Shown: positions 17,299 through 26,242, counted from the first letter of the stretch. The stretch is 39,632 nucleotides of DNA from Candidatus Kaiserbacteria bacterium (GCA_027066795.1 JAMONA010000023.1:1-39632), one strand, 5' to 3'. Numbers and translations: made by a program. Notes: generated by a model not told the origin, from the sequence alone.

Positions 17299-17780
17299 TG
17301 AATATGAGTATAACCAATAAACAACAAATAGAAGACGCTTTCACAAACTTGCCGCAAGTACTACAAGACGCAGTCACAGACGCAGATGTACAAGCCAAGC
17401 TGCGCGCCTTGGCAGATGTACACAAACTGCATTTAGATAAGTGGACGATACTAGAAGATGAAATAATGAAGGGACTACTTGGTATAACAAACATAGATGA
17501 GCTAGCGCAGAATATACAAGAAAAGGTGGGTCTGTCGTCACAACAAGCTACAGAGATATCTAACTCTGTAGTAAAAATCGTACTCATACCAATACAAGAC
17601 AAACTGCACACAGAGGTAGGGGAGTCACAGAGCACCCTTGAGAGCATAGACTCTCAAGCAAAACCCAAGATAGATATCACTAAGTTCACTGGGGCACCCA
17701 CAGAGCCACAAGAATACCAGCCTGATACACCTAAAAAGTATGTTGCAAACAACGACCCATACCACGAGAGTGTGGAATAA
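17298..17780 (+). CDS. Soluble 160-aa protein, unknown family
   Basis: No TM segment. The start overlaps the upstream stop (TAATG). Confidence 0.55.
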   Translation: MNMSITNKQQIEDAFTNLPQVLQDAVTDADVQAKLRALADVHKLHLDKWTILEDEIMKGLLGITNIDELAQNIQEKVGLSSQQATEISNSVVKIVLIPIQDKLHTEVGESQSTLESIDSQAKPKIDITKFTGAPTEPQEYQPDTPKKYVANNDPYHESVE

Positions 17781-17822
17781 TAGTAGGGTAGTGGACAGTA
17801 CACGAAACAAGTGGTGGAGTGA

Positions 17823-17831
17823 TGTTATACT
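17823..17831 (+). promoter_or_regulatory. Extended -10 (TGtTATACT), 6 nt upstream of ATG 17838, in the only sizeable gap of the cluster
   Basis: TGTTATACT-gtaata-ATG. Confidence 0.55.
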
Positions 17832-17837
17832 GTAATA

Positions 17838-18296
17838 ATGCAATATCCAGTACCACAATTCCAAGATGTAGAAGACAAGATAATAGGCCCCCTCACTTTT
17901 AAGCAGTTCATATATATATTAGGCGGGCTAGGTCTCTCTTATGCAATACTGCAGGCAATACCGACAGGTCTAAATTACCTTTTGATAGCACCAGTAGCAG
18001 CATTGTCGTTAACGCTCTCTTTCTATAAAATTAACAATCAACCGTTTATAAACATAATAGAGTCTGCCTTTTACTACTCTGTACGCAATAAGTTATACTT
18101 ATGGAGTCACAAGAGGAAGCGTGTATACAAAGACGAGCCTGAACTAGGGGGGCGTGCTACGAGCCACGTGGAGGTACCTAATATGAGTGACAGTAAAATG
18201 AAGGAGTTAGCGTGGAGTCTAGACATCAACGAAAACGTAAAAAGAGCCGAGCACGCCAAGAGTATAACTGAGCAAAATGTGCTCAATAGTATATAA
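17838..18296 (+). CDS. PrgI-family / VirB3-like small membrane protein
   Basis: MQYPVPQFQDVEDKIIGPLTFKQFIYILGGLGLSYAIL... is the characteristic PrgI-family N-terminus, followed by a second TM. Sits directly upstream of the VirB4-like genes. Confidence 0.7.
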   Translation: MQYPVPQFQDVEDKIIGPLTFKQFIYILGGLGLSYAILQAIPTGLNYLLIAPVAALSLTLSFYKINNQPFINIIESAFYYSVRNKLYLWSHKRKRVYKDEPELGGRATSHVEVPNMSDSKMKELAWSLDINENVKRAEHAKSITEQNVLNSI

Positions 18297-18305
18297 ATAA
18301 AGATA

Positions 18306-18956
18306 ATGCCAGGAACAACTAAAAAAACAAAGCCATCTCAAAACTTCGTACCTGTTAAAGAGGTAAGGGACGGGGTAGTAACATTAAAAAATGGTGGACT
18401 CAGGGCAGTGCTTATGGCAAGCTCTTTAAACTTTGCCCTTAAAAGTGAAGATGAGCAAAATGCATTTATAATGCAATTTCAAAACTTCCTTAACTCTTTA
18501 GACTTCTCTGTACAAATATCTATACAATCTCGCAGGCTTGATATAAGACCATACATAGCAACGCTAGAGGAGAGACTCAAGGAAACAGTAGACGAACTAA
18601 TGCGTATACAAATAAGAGAGTACATAGAATTTATTAAGAGCTTTACAGAAGCTGCTAATATAATGACGAAACACTTCTTCGTAGTAGTACCATATACACC
18701 TGCTAAAATATCAGTAACTGATGGGCCACTATCCAAAATGCCGTGGAGTACAAAAAAACCACAAGTAAAAGAAGATTTTTCTTTTACAGAGAATGTGTCA
18801 CAATTAGAACAGAGAGTATCTATAGTGCAACAAGGTTTAGTCCGCTCTGGCGTACGTACGGTACAGTTAGGTACAGAGGAGGTGATAGAGCTCTTATACA
18901 AGATATTTAACCCTGGTGAGCTAGACCAACCAATGCAACAAGGTGAAAGTTTTTAA
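18306..18956 (+). CDS. Stand-alone VirB4 N-terminal-domain-like protein (216 aa)
   Basis: FVPVKEVRDGVVTLKNGGLRAVLMASSLNFALKSEDEQNAFIMQFQNFLNSLDFSVQISIQSRRLD parallels the N-terminus of the next gene (IAPSALQITSKSLSLGEKMARTFFVISYPRFLTTGWFSPIINLDKMFDIAIHIHPLD). Confidence 0.45.
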   Translation: MPGTTKKTKPSQNFVPVKEVRDGVVTLKNGGLRAVLMASSLNFALKSEDEQNAFIMQFQNFLNSLDFSVQISIQSRRLDIRPYIATLEERLKETVDELMRIQIREYIEFIKSFTEAANIMTKHFFVVVPYTPAKISVTDGPLSKMPWSTKKPQVKEDFSFTENVSQLEQRVSIVQQGLVRSGVRTVQLGTEEVIELLYKIFNPGELDQPMQQGESF

Positions 18957-18961
18957 TTATT

Positions 18962-20815
18962 ATGGGAATATTTGATTTATTAAAAAAGAATAAAGACAAG
19001 CAAGGAACCGATAGGGCAATGCCCGTACTGCCCGCAGAGATATACCAGCAAGGAGTACTTGAGCTACAAGATGTAATCGCCCCGTCTGCATTACAGATAA
19101 CCTCTAAGAGCCTCTCATTGGGGGAGAAGATGGCACGTACATTTTTTGTTATATCTTACCCTCGCTTTCTTACCACAGGGTGGTTTTCTCCGATAATTAA
19201 TCTAGACAAGATGTTTGATATAGCAATACACATACATCCATTAGACACCACAACGGTACTACGCAAATTTCAAAAGAGAGTAGCTGAGATAGAAAGCCAG
19301 ATCTCCATAAGAGAGGATAAAGGCCTAGTAAGAGACCCTAAACTAGACACAGCCTACGCTGACCTTGAGTACTTACGTGACAGACTCCAACAAGCACAGG
19401 AGAAGTTATTTGAGGCTGGTCTATACATAACAATATACGGTGATACAAGAGAGGAAATAGACAAGATAGAGACAGAGATTCGCTCAATACTTGAGGCTAG
19501 ACTTGTCTACCTTAAGCCAGCCCTATTCCAACAAGAGCAAGGTTTAAAAAGTGTATTACCTTTAGCAAATGACGAGTTAGGCGTAAGAAACAAACTAAAC
19601 TCTGACCCTCTCTCAAGTCTTTTCCCGTTTGTTTCATTTGACCTAACATCTGACCGTGGAATACTTTATGGTATAAACAGGCATAACTCTAGCTTAGTAT
19701 TGTTTGACCGCTTCAGTTTAGAGAACTATAACTCTGTAGTATTCGCTAAGTCTGGTGCTGGCAAGAGTTACATGATGAAGCTAGAGATTTTGAGAAGTCT
19801 AATGTTTGACGCAGATGTAATAATAATAGACCCTGAAAGAGAGTACGAATATCTAGCAGAAACAACTGGTGGACGATACTTTAACATCACTCTCTCTAGT
19901 GAGCACCACATAAACCCATTTGACCTACCAATACCAAGAGAGGACGAGAACCCTGCAGATGTACTACGCAGCAACATAATCACATTAGTAGGCCTATTCC
20001 GTATCATGCTTGGCGGCTTATCACCAGAGGAGGACTCAATAATAGACAAGGCCATCACTGAGACATATGCATTAAAAGATATTAGCCCTGATAGTAACTT
20101 CGCAAACATAGAACCTCCTATACTCTCAGACTTCCACTTGGTGCTATCAGGTATGGAGGGATCAGAGAGCCTCGTACAGCGCCTTACTAAGTACACAGAG
20201 GGTACTTGGAGCGGCTTCTTAAACCAAGCTACCAATGTATCTATGAACAAGAAGCTCGTGGTCTTCTCTGTGCGCGACATGGAGGATGAGTTGAAGCCTG
20301 TGGCCATGTATATAATCACTCACCACATATGGAACATTGTACGTAAAGAGCTTAAAAAGCGCCTACTGGTAATAGACGAGGCATGGTGGATGATGAAGAG
20401 TGACGACACTGCATCATTCTTGTTTGGCATAGCTAAGAGAGGCCGTAAGTACTTCTTAGGGTTGGCAACTATTACACAAGATGTGGCCGACTTCCTAAGC
20501 TCTAAATATGGCAAGGCCATGCTTACTAACTCCTCTATACAGATACTCCTACGGCAGTCACCAACCTCTATAGACTTAATACAAGATACCTTTAAGCTCT
20601 CTGATGAGGAAAAATACCTACTACTAGAGAGTGCTGTGGGGGAGGGTATCTTCTTCGCAGGACTTAAGCATGTGGCCATAAAGGTTATAGCAAGTTATAC
20701 AGAGGATCAGATAATCACAAGTGACCCATCACAGATACTCGCAATTAAAAAAGCAAAGAAGGAACTCTCTGAAGAGAGCATGTCGGAGAGCAGTTTAGAC
20801 TCTATAGAGCTATAA
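18962..20815 (+). CDS. virB4: VirB4/TraC/PrgJ-family type IV secretion ATPase
   Basis: Walker A AKSGAGKSY (GAGKS codons at 19754-19768), Walker B RLLVIDEAWWMM, GLATITQDVADF, typical length and N-domain. Confidence 0.85.
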   Translation: MGIFDLLKKNKDKQGTDRAMPVLPAEIYQQGVLELQDVIAPSALQITSKSLSLGEKMARTFFVISYPRFLTTGWFSPIINLDKMFDIAIHIHPLDTTTVLRKFQKRVAEIESQISIREDKGLVRDPKLDTAYADLEYLRDRLQQAQEKLFEAGLYITIYGDTREEIDKIETEIRSILEARLVYLKPALFQQEQGLKSVLPLANDELGVRNKLNSDPLSSLFPFVSFDLTSDRGILYGINRHNSSLVLFDRFSLENYNSVVFAKSGAGKSYMMKLEILRSLMFDADVIIIDPEREYEYLAETTGGRYFNITLSSEHHINPFDLPIPREDENPADVLRSNIITLVGLFRIMLGGLSPEEDSIIDKAITETYALKDISPDSNFANIEPPILSDFHLVLSGMEGSESLVQRLTKYTEGTWSGFLNQATNVSMNKKLVVFSVRDMEDELKPVAMYIITHHIWNIVRKELKKRLLVIDEAWWMMKSDDTASFLFGIAKRGRKYFLGLATITQDVADFLSSKYGKAMLTNSSIQILLRQSPTSIDLIQDTFKLSDEEKYLLLESAVGEGIFFAGLKHVAIKVIASYTEDQIITSDPSQILAIKKAKKELSEESMSESSLDSIEL

Positions 20816-20816
20816 T

Positions 20817-21365
20817 ATGTCTGACCAAACCCAGTACAAGATTAACGACACCACCAAGTGGGTGATGATATCTCTTGCTCTTATGTTTGATGGTATACAG
20901 TACATAACACCTGGATATACAGACACACTTATTACGGCAATAGCGGCACTGGTTTTCGGTATGATACTAATAGAACATGGAGCACTAACAGTTAAGGGTA
21001 GTAGCGCTCTACGTTATGGGCGTATGCTTGCAGTTGCTGGTGAACTTATCATAAGTCACATACCGGCAATAACACTAACTATCATAATTCAAATACTTAT
21101 ATCTAGGGCGGCAGACAGGGTTGTGCCAGACTCTGTACAAGGTTTATTACGTACAGCTAAACTCAAAGGCAAGCTGCAAGATGTATCTAAAGGGAAAAGA
21201 TTTATAAAAATGCGGTCTAAAAAGATGGCAAGAGTAGCCTACGGCAAGGGTAAACGAGGGGCCAATACTAGGGCTCGTAAGATGGGTATAAAGCCTAGTG
21301 CTGAGACAACTCGTAGGCAACAACGCTTACAAAACACTAAATCTACTCCTAAAACAGTGGTATAA
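20817..21365 (+). CDS. Three-TM membrane protein with highly basic cytoplasmic tail
   Basis: TM segments WVMISLALMFDGIQYI, LITAIAALVFGMILI and ITLTIIIQILIS. The last ~70 aa are K/R-rich (KGKRFIKMRSKKMARVAYGKGKRGANTRARKMG...). Confidence 0.55.
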   Translation: MSDQTQYKINDTTKWVMISLALMFDGIQYITPGYTDTLITAIAALVFGMILIEHGALTVKGSSALRYGRMLAVAGELIISHIPAITLTIIIQILISRAADRVVPDSVQGLLRTAKLKGKLQDVSKGKRFIKMRSKKMARVAYGKGKRGANTRARKMGIKPSAETTRRQQRLQNTKSTPKTVV

Positions 21366-21366
21366 T
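21358..21366 (+). promoter_or_regulatory. Consensus extended -10 (TGgTATAAT) embedded in the upstream stop codon, 6 nt before ATG 21373
   Basis: TGGTATAAT-cagccc-ATG. Identical nonamer and geometry to 10614-10622. Confidence 0.55.
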
Positions 21367-21372
21367 CAGCCC

Positions 21373-22371
21373 ATGCGGTATATATTTATAAGTATTGTTG
21401 TTATATTACTCAACACAAGCTCAGTTGTTGAGGCTGCAAGTTTTAACTCTGTGTCTATCTCAACAGTGCCAGAGTACCCAAAACCAGGAGAAGCCACCTC
21501 TATAAGCCTACAAAGTTACTCCTACGAGCTGCAAGGGCTGCCAATCTCTTGGTATTTAAATGGTGTATTTTTCAAGGAGGGTATAGGCCTAACTAAGATA
21601 TCCCTTAGCGCCCCTGGGCTTGGCAGTGCTACGTCTGTGAAGGCACAAATAGGCAACATAACAAATACAACACTTGAAATAAGGCCAACCACTGTAGATA
21701 TACTATGGGAGGCTGACACATCAACACCTAAGTACTTCCTTGGTAGGGCATTGCCTGTAGACTCCTCAAATATACATGCTGTTGCCATACCTCACCTAGG
21801 TAACCAAGACGCTACAAACCTTATATACAAGTGGTACATAAATGGACGATTCCTCAAGAACCTATCTGGTGCAAACAGAAATACTATAGTAACGTCATCA
21901 CCTAAACTATACGACGACTACTTCTTGTCTTTAGATATACTAGATAACTCAGGCCGCACCCTCGGTAGTAACGGGGTGAAGATACACTCTACAGAGCCAG
22001 AGGTTATATTATATAACATATCACCTCTGTTAGGTGTCATCACTTACAACGCACTAGGTGCAGCCACCATACAAGAGTCATCTATAGAGCGCACTGTGTT
22101 AGCTGTCCCATACTACTTCAACACTCCAAGTATAGGCAACCTGTCATACAAGTGGGATATCTTTAATGCGGAATACATACAAGATATTGGAGTAGATAGT
22201 ATCACAATAACTGATGCACAAGTTGGTGCCGGTGTATCTGTAGAGATAACAAACCCTGAGGCACTCTTACAATCATCACACACAGCATATCGCTTTAAAA
22301 ACTATGAGTCATTACACAACGATACTTATGGTAATGGAGATTATCAATCTCCATTTGGTTCTTCAGAATAG
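21373..22371 (+). CDS. Secreted protein with three internal ~100-aa repeats (Ig-like?)
   Basis: Signal peptide MRYIFISIVVILLNTSSVVEA. Repeat landmarks ISWYLNGVFF, YKWYINGRFL and YKWDIFNAEY. The ORF-track start at 21298 overlaps the previous gene. Confidence 0.6.
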   Translation: MRYIFISIVVILLNTSSVVEAASFNSVSISTVPEYPKPGEATSISLQSYSYELQGLPISWYLNGVFFKEGIGLTKISLSAPGLGSATSVKAQIGNITNTTLEIRPTTVDILWEADTSTPKYFLGRALPVDSSNIHAVAIPHLGNQDATNLIYKWYINGRFLKNLSGANRNTIVTSSPKLYDDYFLSLDILDNSGRTLGSNGVKIHSTEPEVILYNISPLLGVITYNALGAATIQESSIERTVLAVPYYFNTPSIGNLSYKWDIFNAEYIQDIGVDSITITDAQVGAGVSVEITNPEALLQSSHTAYRFKNYESLHNDTYGNGDYQSPFGSSE

Positions 22372-22386
22372 GATAATTTATATAAT

Positions 22387-23652
22387 ATGGAAAAACGAAA
22401 AATATACATAATAACAACCATAGTAATCCTAACTATGTTGACTGCTCTTGCTTTATGGTATGCCTACATCATAAGGCAAGAGGTGTCTATTGGTCAATCC
22501 TCTGAGTTAGACTTATACAATACAACTCAAGAGCTCAGCGGTAGGGTCTCAGGCTCAACAGGTGGCCAAACTAGCGAGTCAAGTACAACAGTATTTGGTA
22601 CACCATATGGCGACACAGTAGTAAGTAATACATCAACCAATGAAACAGTAACGAATCAAGATGGAGTCCTTGAGACTAACATATTAGCAACAGAAGCTTA
22701 TATACCAGAGTCTTGGTCATTATTACAACTACACCAAAGCGCAACAGCCGGACACTTAACAGAAGATGACTCTGTACTGTTTATAGACACTAAAACAGGC
22801 ACATTACTTGAAAACACCCTAGATGGAGAGACGACAAACATGACCACAGATACCATACCGAACCTAATAAAATCATATTTTATTGATACTAATTTTATAC
22901 TACTTGTTAAAAGTGTTGGAGCGCCTATAATTATAAACACATCAAACGATAGGGTACAGACTCTGTACGACACTGTGCTACAAGTATCACAAACAGATAA
23001 CGCTATATACTACACAACACCCAATGCGACACGTGGTATAACTTTAAAAAAGATATCTCACGAAAGTGTAAAGGCGTATGATGTAAAACCAGAGACTGTT
23101 TGGACCTCTAACCTCTCGGGTTGGCTGCTACAGGCAACTTCTGCATCCGTGGTATTAACTCAAAAGGCTTCATACAACATACCAGGCTATTCATATCTAC
23201 TGCCTGGTGGTAGTAATAAGGCAACACTTACAACACTAGTACAGGATGCCCCTAGTTTAATAACAAACATATCTCAGGATGCTAAAAGTCTCTTATACTC
23301 AACCGTTGATAACGATGGTATACACCTATATTTAAAAAACTTGGTAGACAACACTGTAATAACACTATCTACAAAGACACTAGCAAGTAAGTGTGCTTGG
23401 GGTGGTGACTCTAGTACATTTTATTGTGCTGTACCCGACTCATTACCTTCTAGCACTTTACCAGACTCATGGTACAAGGGGCAAGTAGGTTTCTATGATA
23501 GTTTATGGCGCATTAACGCCCAGAGTGGAGACGCACTAGAGTTGGCAGGTGCTACCAACCTTGATATAATAGACATACAAGTTAAAGACTCTGTCATAAC
23601 ATTTAAAGACAAGACAGACCAATCGTTATGGGCAATAGTTAAGGACTTATAG
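22387..23652 (+). CDS. Membrane-anchored extracytoplasmic protein (421 aa), beta-rich, unknown family
   Basis: N-terminal TM IYIITTIVILTMLTALALWYAYI, an S/T-rich linker, and a long beta-strand-like C-terminal region. Confidence 0.55.
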   Translation: MEKRKIYIITTIVILTMLTALALWYAYIIRQEVSIGQSSELDLYNTTQELSGRVSGSTGGQTSESSTTVFGTPYGDTVVSNTSTNETVTNQDGVLETNILATEAYIPESWSLLQLHQSATAGHLTEDDSVLFIDTKTGTLLENTLDGETTNMTTDTIPNLIKSYFIDTNFILLVKSVGAPIIINTSNDRVQTLYDTVLQVSQTDNAIYYTTPNATRGITLKKISHESVKAYDVKPETVWTSNLSGWLLQATSASVVLTQKASYNIPGYSYLLPGGSNKATLTTLVQDAPSLITNISQDAKSLLYSTVDNDGIHLYLKNLVDNTVITLSTKTLASKCAWGGDSSTFYCAVPDSLPSSTLPDSWYKGQVGFYDSLWRINAQSGDALELAGATNLDIIDIQVKDSVITFKDKTDQSLWAIVKDL

Positions 23653-23664
23653 TATATAGCTATT

Positions 23665-24546
23665 ATGTTAGACATCACAAACTTTATTGCAGCGGCAGGA
23701 GAATCTGTAAAGGTCGGGTTTCAGCCACTTACTAAAATACCGTTTTTGAGTAACTGGACTCCAGGCTCAGACTTTACAGGCTCTACCACAGGTGTTTTAA
23801 ACACAGTCTTTAGCTTATCTATAAAAATAGGTGCCATGCTCGCCATATTCATGTTTGTGTTGGGTGGCCTACAGATGATAACCGCACGAGATAACGCAAG
23901 TAATGTAGGCAAGGGTAAGACTAGAATGACAAACGCCGTATTTGGCCTATTAATGCTATTGTCAACATTTGTGGTGCTAAATACCATAAATCCTCAATTA
24001 ACTGAACTAGGGTTCTTAGGAGGTGGTACTATACAGCTTGATGCACCGCCAGCTCCTAAAAAGGCTGTATCTGGCACACCAGATGATCTATCAAATAACC
24101 CATATATATCTACTGGCGGGTTTTTAGCTGTAGTCTTACAAGACGGAGCAATGTCTATAAGAAAGTTTAATAACCGAACCTCTTGTCAGCAGTCTGTTAA
24201 AGGTGGTGCTAGGTGTGTACCAATAACAGACATCTCTTTAAAAAAGGCTCGGGATAAATTATCTCTATTTAGGATAAGTGGCCAAAACAGAACATTTGGC
24301 TGCTACTCTAATGACGGTGGAACAAGTTGTTTATCTATATATAGTAGCGTTAGTCAATGTAAGACCTTGAATACTAATAGTTCACCTATTAAATGCACCA
24401 TTAAAAAGATGAGGGCTGATACACCGACAAAAGATGGTCCATGGGTGTTTGCACGTGCCAGTGATCAAAAATTTGCTGATAAAGAACTGTGCAATTTGAA
24501 AGCAAGCTTATATCCACCAGGATCAACAACTTGTATAAAAATCTAA
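23665..24546 (+). CDS. T4SS-pilin-like (TrbC/VirB2-type) two-helix module fused to a ~170-aa 8-Cys C-terminal domain
   Basis: The hairpin LNTVFSLSIKIGAMLAIFMFVLGGLQMITARDNASNVGKGKTRMTNAVFGLLMLLSTFVVLNTINP matches the pilin pattern (TM, G-G, charged loop, TM). The C-terminal domain has 8 Cys. Confidence 0.55.
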   Translation: MLDITNFIAAAGESVKVGFQPLTKIPFLSNWTPGSDFTGSTTGVLNTVFSLSIKIGAMLAIFMFVLGGLQMITARDNASNVGKGKTRMTNAVFGLLMLLSTFVVLNTINPQLTELGFLGGGTIQLDAPPAPKKAVSGTPDDLSNNPYISTGGFLAVVLQDGAMSIRKFNNRTSCQQSVKGGARCVPITDISLKKARDKLSLFRISGQNRTFGCYSNDGGTSCLSIYSSVSQCKTLNTNSSPIKCTIKKMRADTPTKDGPWVFARASDQKFADKELCNLKASLYPPGSTTCIKI

Positions 24547-25004
24547 CCAACAAACTTTATAACAACTCTGCGGTCTGCTCCTTCTCCTATAGAGCCTGTC
24601 TCTAGCTCCACATCGTCCGCCAGGGCAGCGTGTACCAGCATACGCTCATAGCCATTAGCTGGCTGCAGCTCTACTTCATGCTTAAGCTCTTTAACCTTAT
24701 CTGCCTGTGCCTTGGCGTGTTCTACCACAGTATCTATCTTTTTTTTCTTATAGTCGTTAACATCTATTGTTATACGGTTGCGCTCGTTAATCTTATTCTC
24801 TAACATACGGCTAACTAACATATTAATAGCTCGTAGCACGTCATCTCTCTCTCCTATAAGGAATTCCGATTCTACTGCGTCAACATTTATACAATAAAGT
24901 GTCTGACCAGACACTTTATTCTCTTCTACTCCATTATGAATTATACCTAGTTTGTCTAGTAGGGTAGTGGTTATATCCTCTACATGTTTCTTAATATCTA
25001 CCAT
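24543..25004 (-). CDS. khpB: Jag/KhpB-like KH + R3H RNA-binding protein
   Basis: C-terminal R3H-like ELQPANGYERMLVHAALADD. Sits immediately downstream of yidC, as in many bacteria. Confidence 0.75.
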   Translation of the reverse strand: MVDIKKHVEDITTTLLDKLGIIHNGVEENKVSGQTLYCINVDAVESEFLIGERDDVLRAINMLVSRMLENKINERNRITIDVNDYKKKKIDTVVEHAKAQADKVKELKHEVELQPANGYERMLVHAALADDVELETGSIGEGADRRVVIKFVG

Positions 25005-25005
25005 C

Positions 25006-25737
25006 CTATTCTTCGTTCTTTATTTGTCTACGCACTAATAACTCTTGCCCTATAGCAAATATATTACTAGTAACCCAATATAGTGCCACAGCTGATGATA
25101 TTGTATAAGCTACAACTGTAATAATGATTGGCATAACATATTTCATCTGCATATGCATACTCCTAGCCAAGTCGTCTTTTATACTTGGTTTTGCACCTTC
25201 TTTAGCCTTAGGTGCATGCGGCATTATTATTAACATATTTATAAACTGTGTTATACCAGCTAATAATGCCAATATAATACTCTTGCCGCCCATGGCTACT
25301 AATCCTATAAACATCATATTCACTGCTTCTGGCTCATTTACAAAACTATATAACAACTCAACATTAATACTTGGTAGGCCACCTTTATAAAAGACCCAAT
25401 ATAGGCCAAGTATAATCGGTAACTGTATTAATATAACCAGAAAACCAAATAGTGGATTAATATTGTTTTCTTTATATAAGGCAAGTGTCTTTATGGTTTG
25501 TGCTTGCTTATCGTCTTTTAAACTTTCTTTTAATTTGTCTATTTCTGGTTGTATACGTTTTATTACAACTTGTGTACGTGCCACCTTGTGCGCGAGTGGG
25601 AAGAGCAATAACTTAACAAGTATTGTAAGTATAATTACTGCAATACCAACGTCTGCCATTGGCACAATTCCTATTAAAAATACTAACCCATTGTATAACG
25701 GGTCATATATAGCCGTATTAAATAGTGTAATAAACAT
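25006..25737 (-). CDS. yidC: Membrane protein insertase YidC (short form)
   Basis: The 243-aa polytopic protein reads ...LLFPLAHKVARTQVVIKRIQPEIDKLKE... Conserved rnpA-yidC-jag context. TATTAT (25751-25746) lies 8 nt upstream of the ATG. Confidence 0.88.
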   Translation of the reverse strand: MFITLFNTAIYDPLYNGLVFLIGIVPMADVGIAVIILTILVKLLLFPLAHKVARTQVVIKRIQPEIDKLKESLKDDKQAQTIKTLALYKENNINPLFGFLVILIQLPIILGLYWVFYKGGLPSINVELLYSFVNEPEAVNMMFIGLVAMGGKSIILALLAGITQFINMLIIMPHAPKAKEGAKPSIKDDLARSMHMQMKYVMPIIITVVAYTISSAVALYWVTSNIFAIGQELLVRRQIKNEE

Positions 25738-25766
25738 TAGAGACTATAATACCTTACTTAATACCT

Positions 25767-26027
25767 TTAATCAATTTTATTAATTAACTCATCGGCATCT
25801 GCACTCAACTCTTTAAATGAGAGATTTGTAATACCTTTTTTGGTATATACAATACCTTTTTTAGATACATTCTTAAATAATTCACGAACCTGACGCTTGA
25901 GCTTATTCCTGTCAGTGGCCAGTTTTGCTATTTTTTTAGATACAACTACAACCACCTTAAACGGTGTCCTTATAGTAGACTTATTTCCTTCTTTAAAGGT
26001 AAGATATTTAGATTGCACACTACCCAT
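25767..26027 (-). CDS. rnpA: RNase P protein component
   Basis: [20 protein letters not shown] is the RNR-type motif. The ORF-track start at 26051 is TTG. ATG 26027 overlaps the rpmH end by 8 nt. Confidence 0.8.
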   Translation of the reverse strand: MGSVQSKYLTFKEGNKSTIRTPFKVVVVVSKKIAKLATDRNKLKRQVRELFKNVSKKGIVYTKKGITNLSFKELSADADELINKID

Positions 26028-26181
26028 TCTTGCGATGTGTTGGTACAGCAAGCTGCTTACGCCCTCGACGACGTCGCCTAAGTATAAGACTTCTACCAGC
26101 AGCAGACTTTAACCTTGATAAAAAACCGTGTTTCTTAGCTCTTTTACGCTTAGATGGTTGATATGTTCTTTTGGTTGACAT
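26020..26181 (-). CDS. rpmH: 50S ribosomal protein L34 (53 aa, short C-terminal extension)
   Basis: [46 protein letters not shown]. Start at M13 of the ORF track, with TAAAAT (26195-26190) 8 nt upstream. Confidence 0.9.
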   Translation of the reverse strand: MSTKRTYQPSKRKRAKKHGFLSRLKSAAGRSLILRRRRRGRKQLAVPTHRKNG

Positions 26182-26242
26182 TGCAGAGTATTTTACACAA
26201 AAAAAAGATAAAAGCAACTAACTATTTTATATACATATATAC

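Noticed and set aside
19768-20679. Two antisense ORFs inside virB4
   Set aside because: They are embedded opposite Walker A/B-bearing coding sequence.
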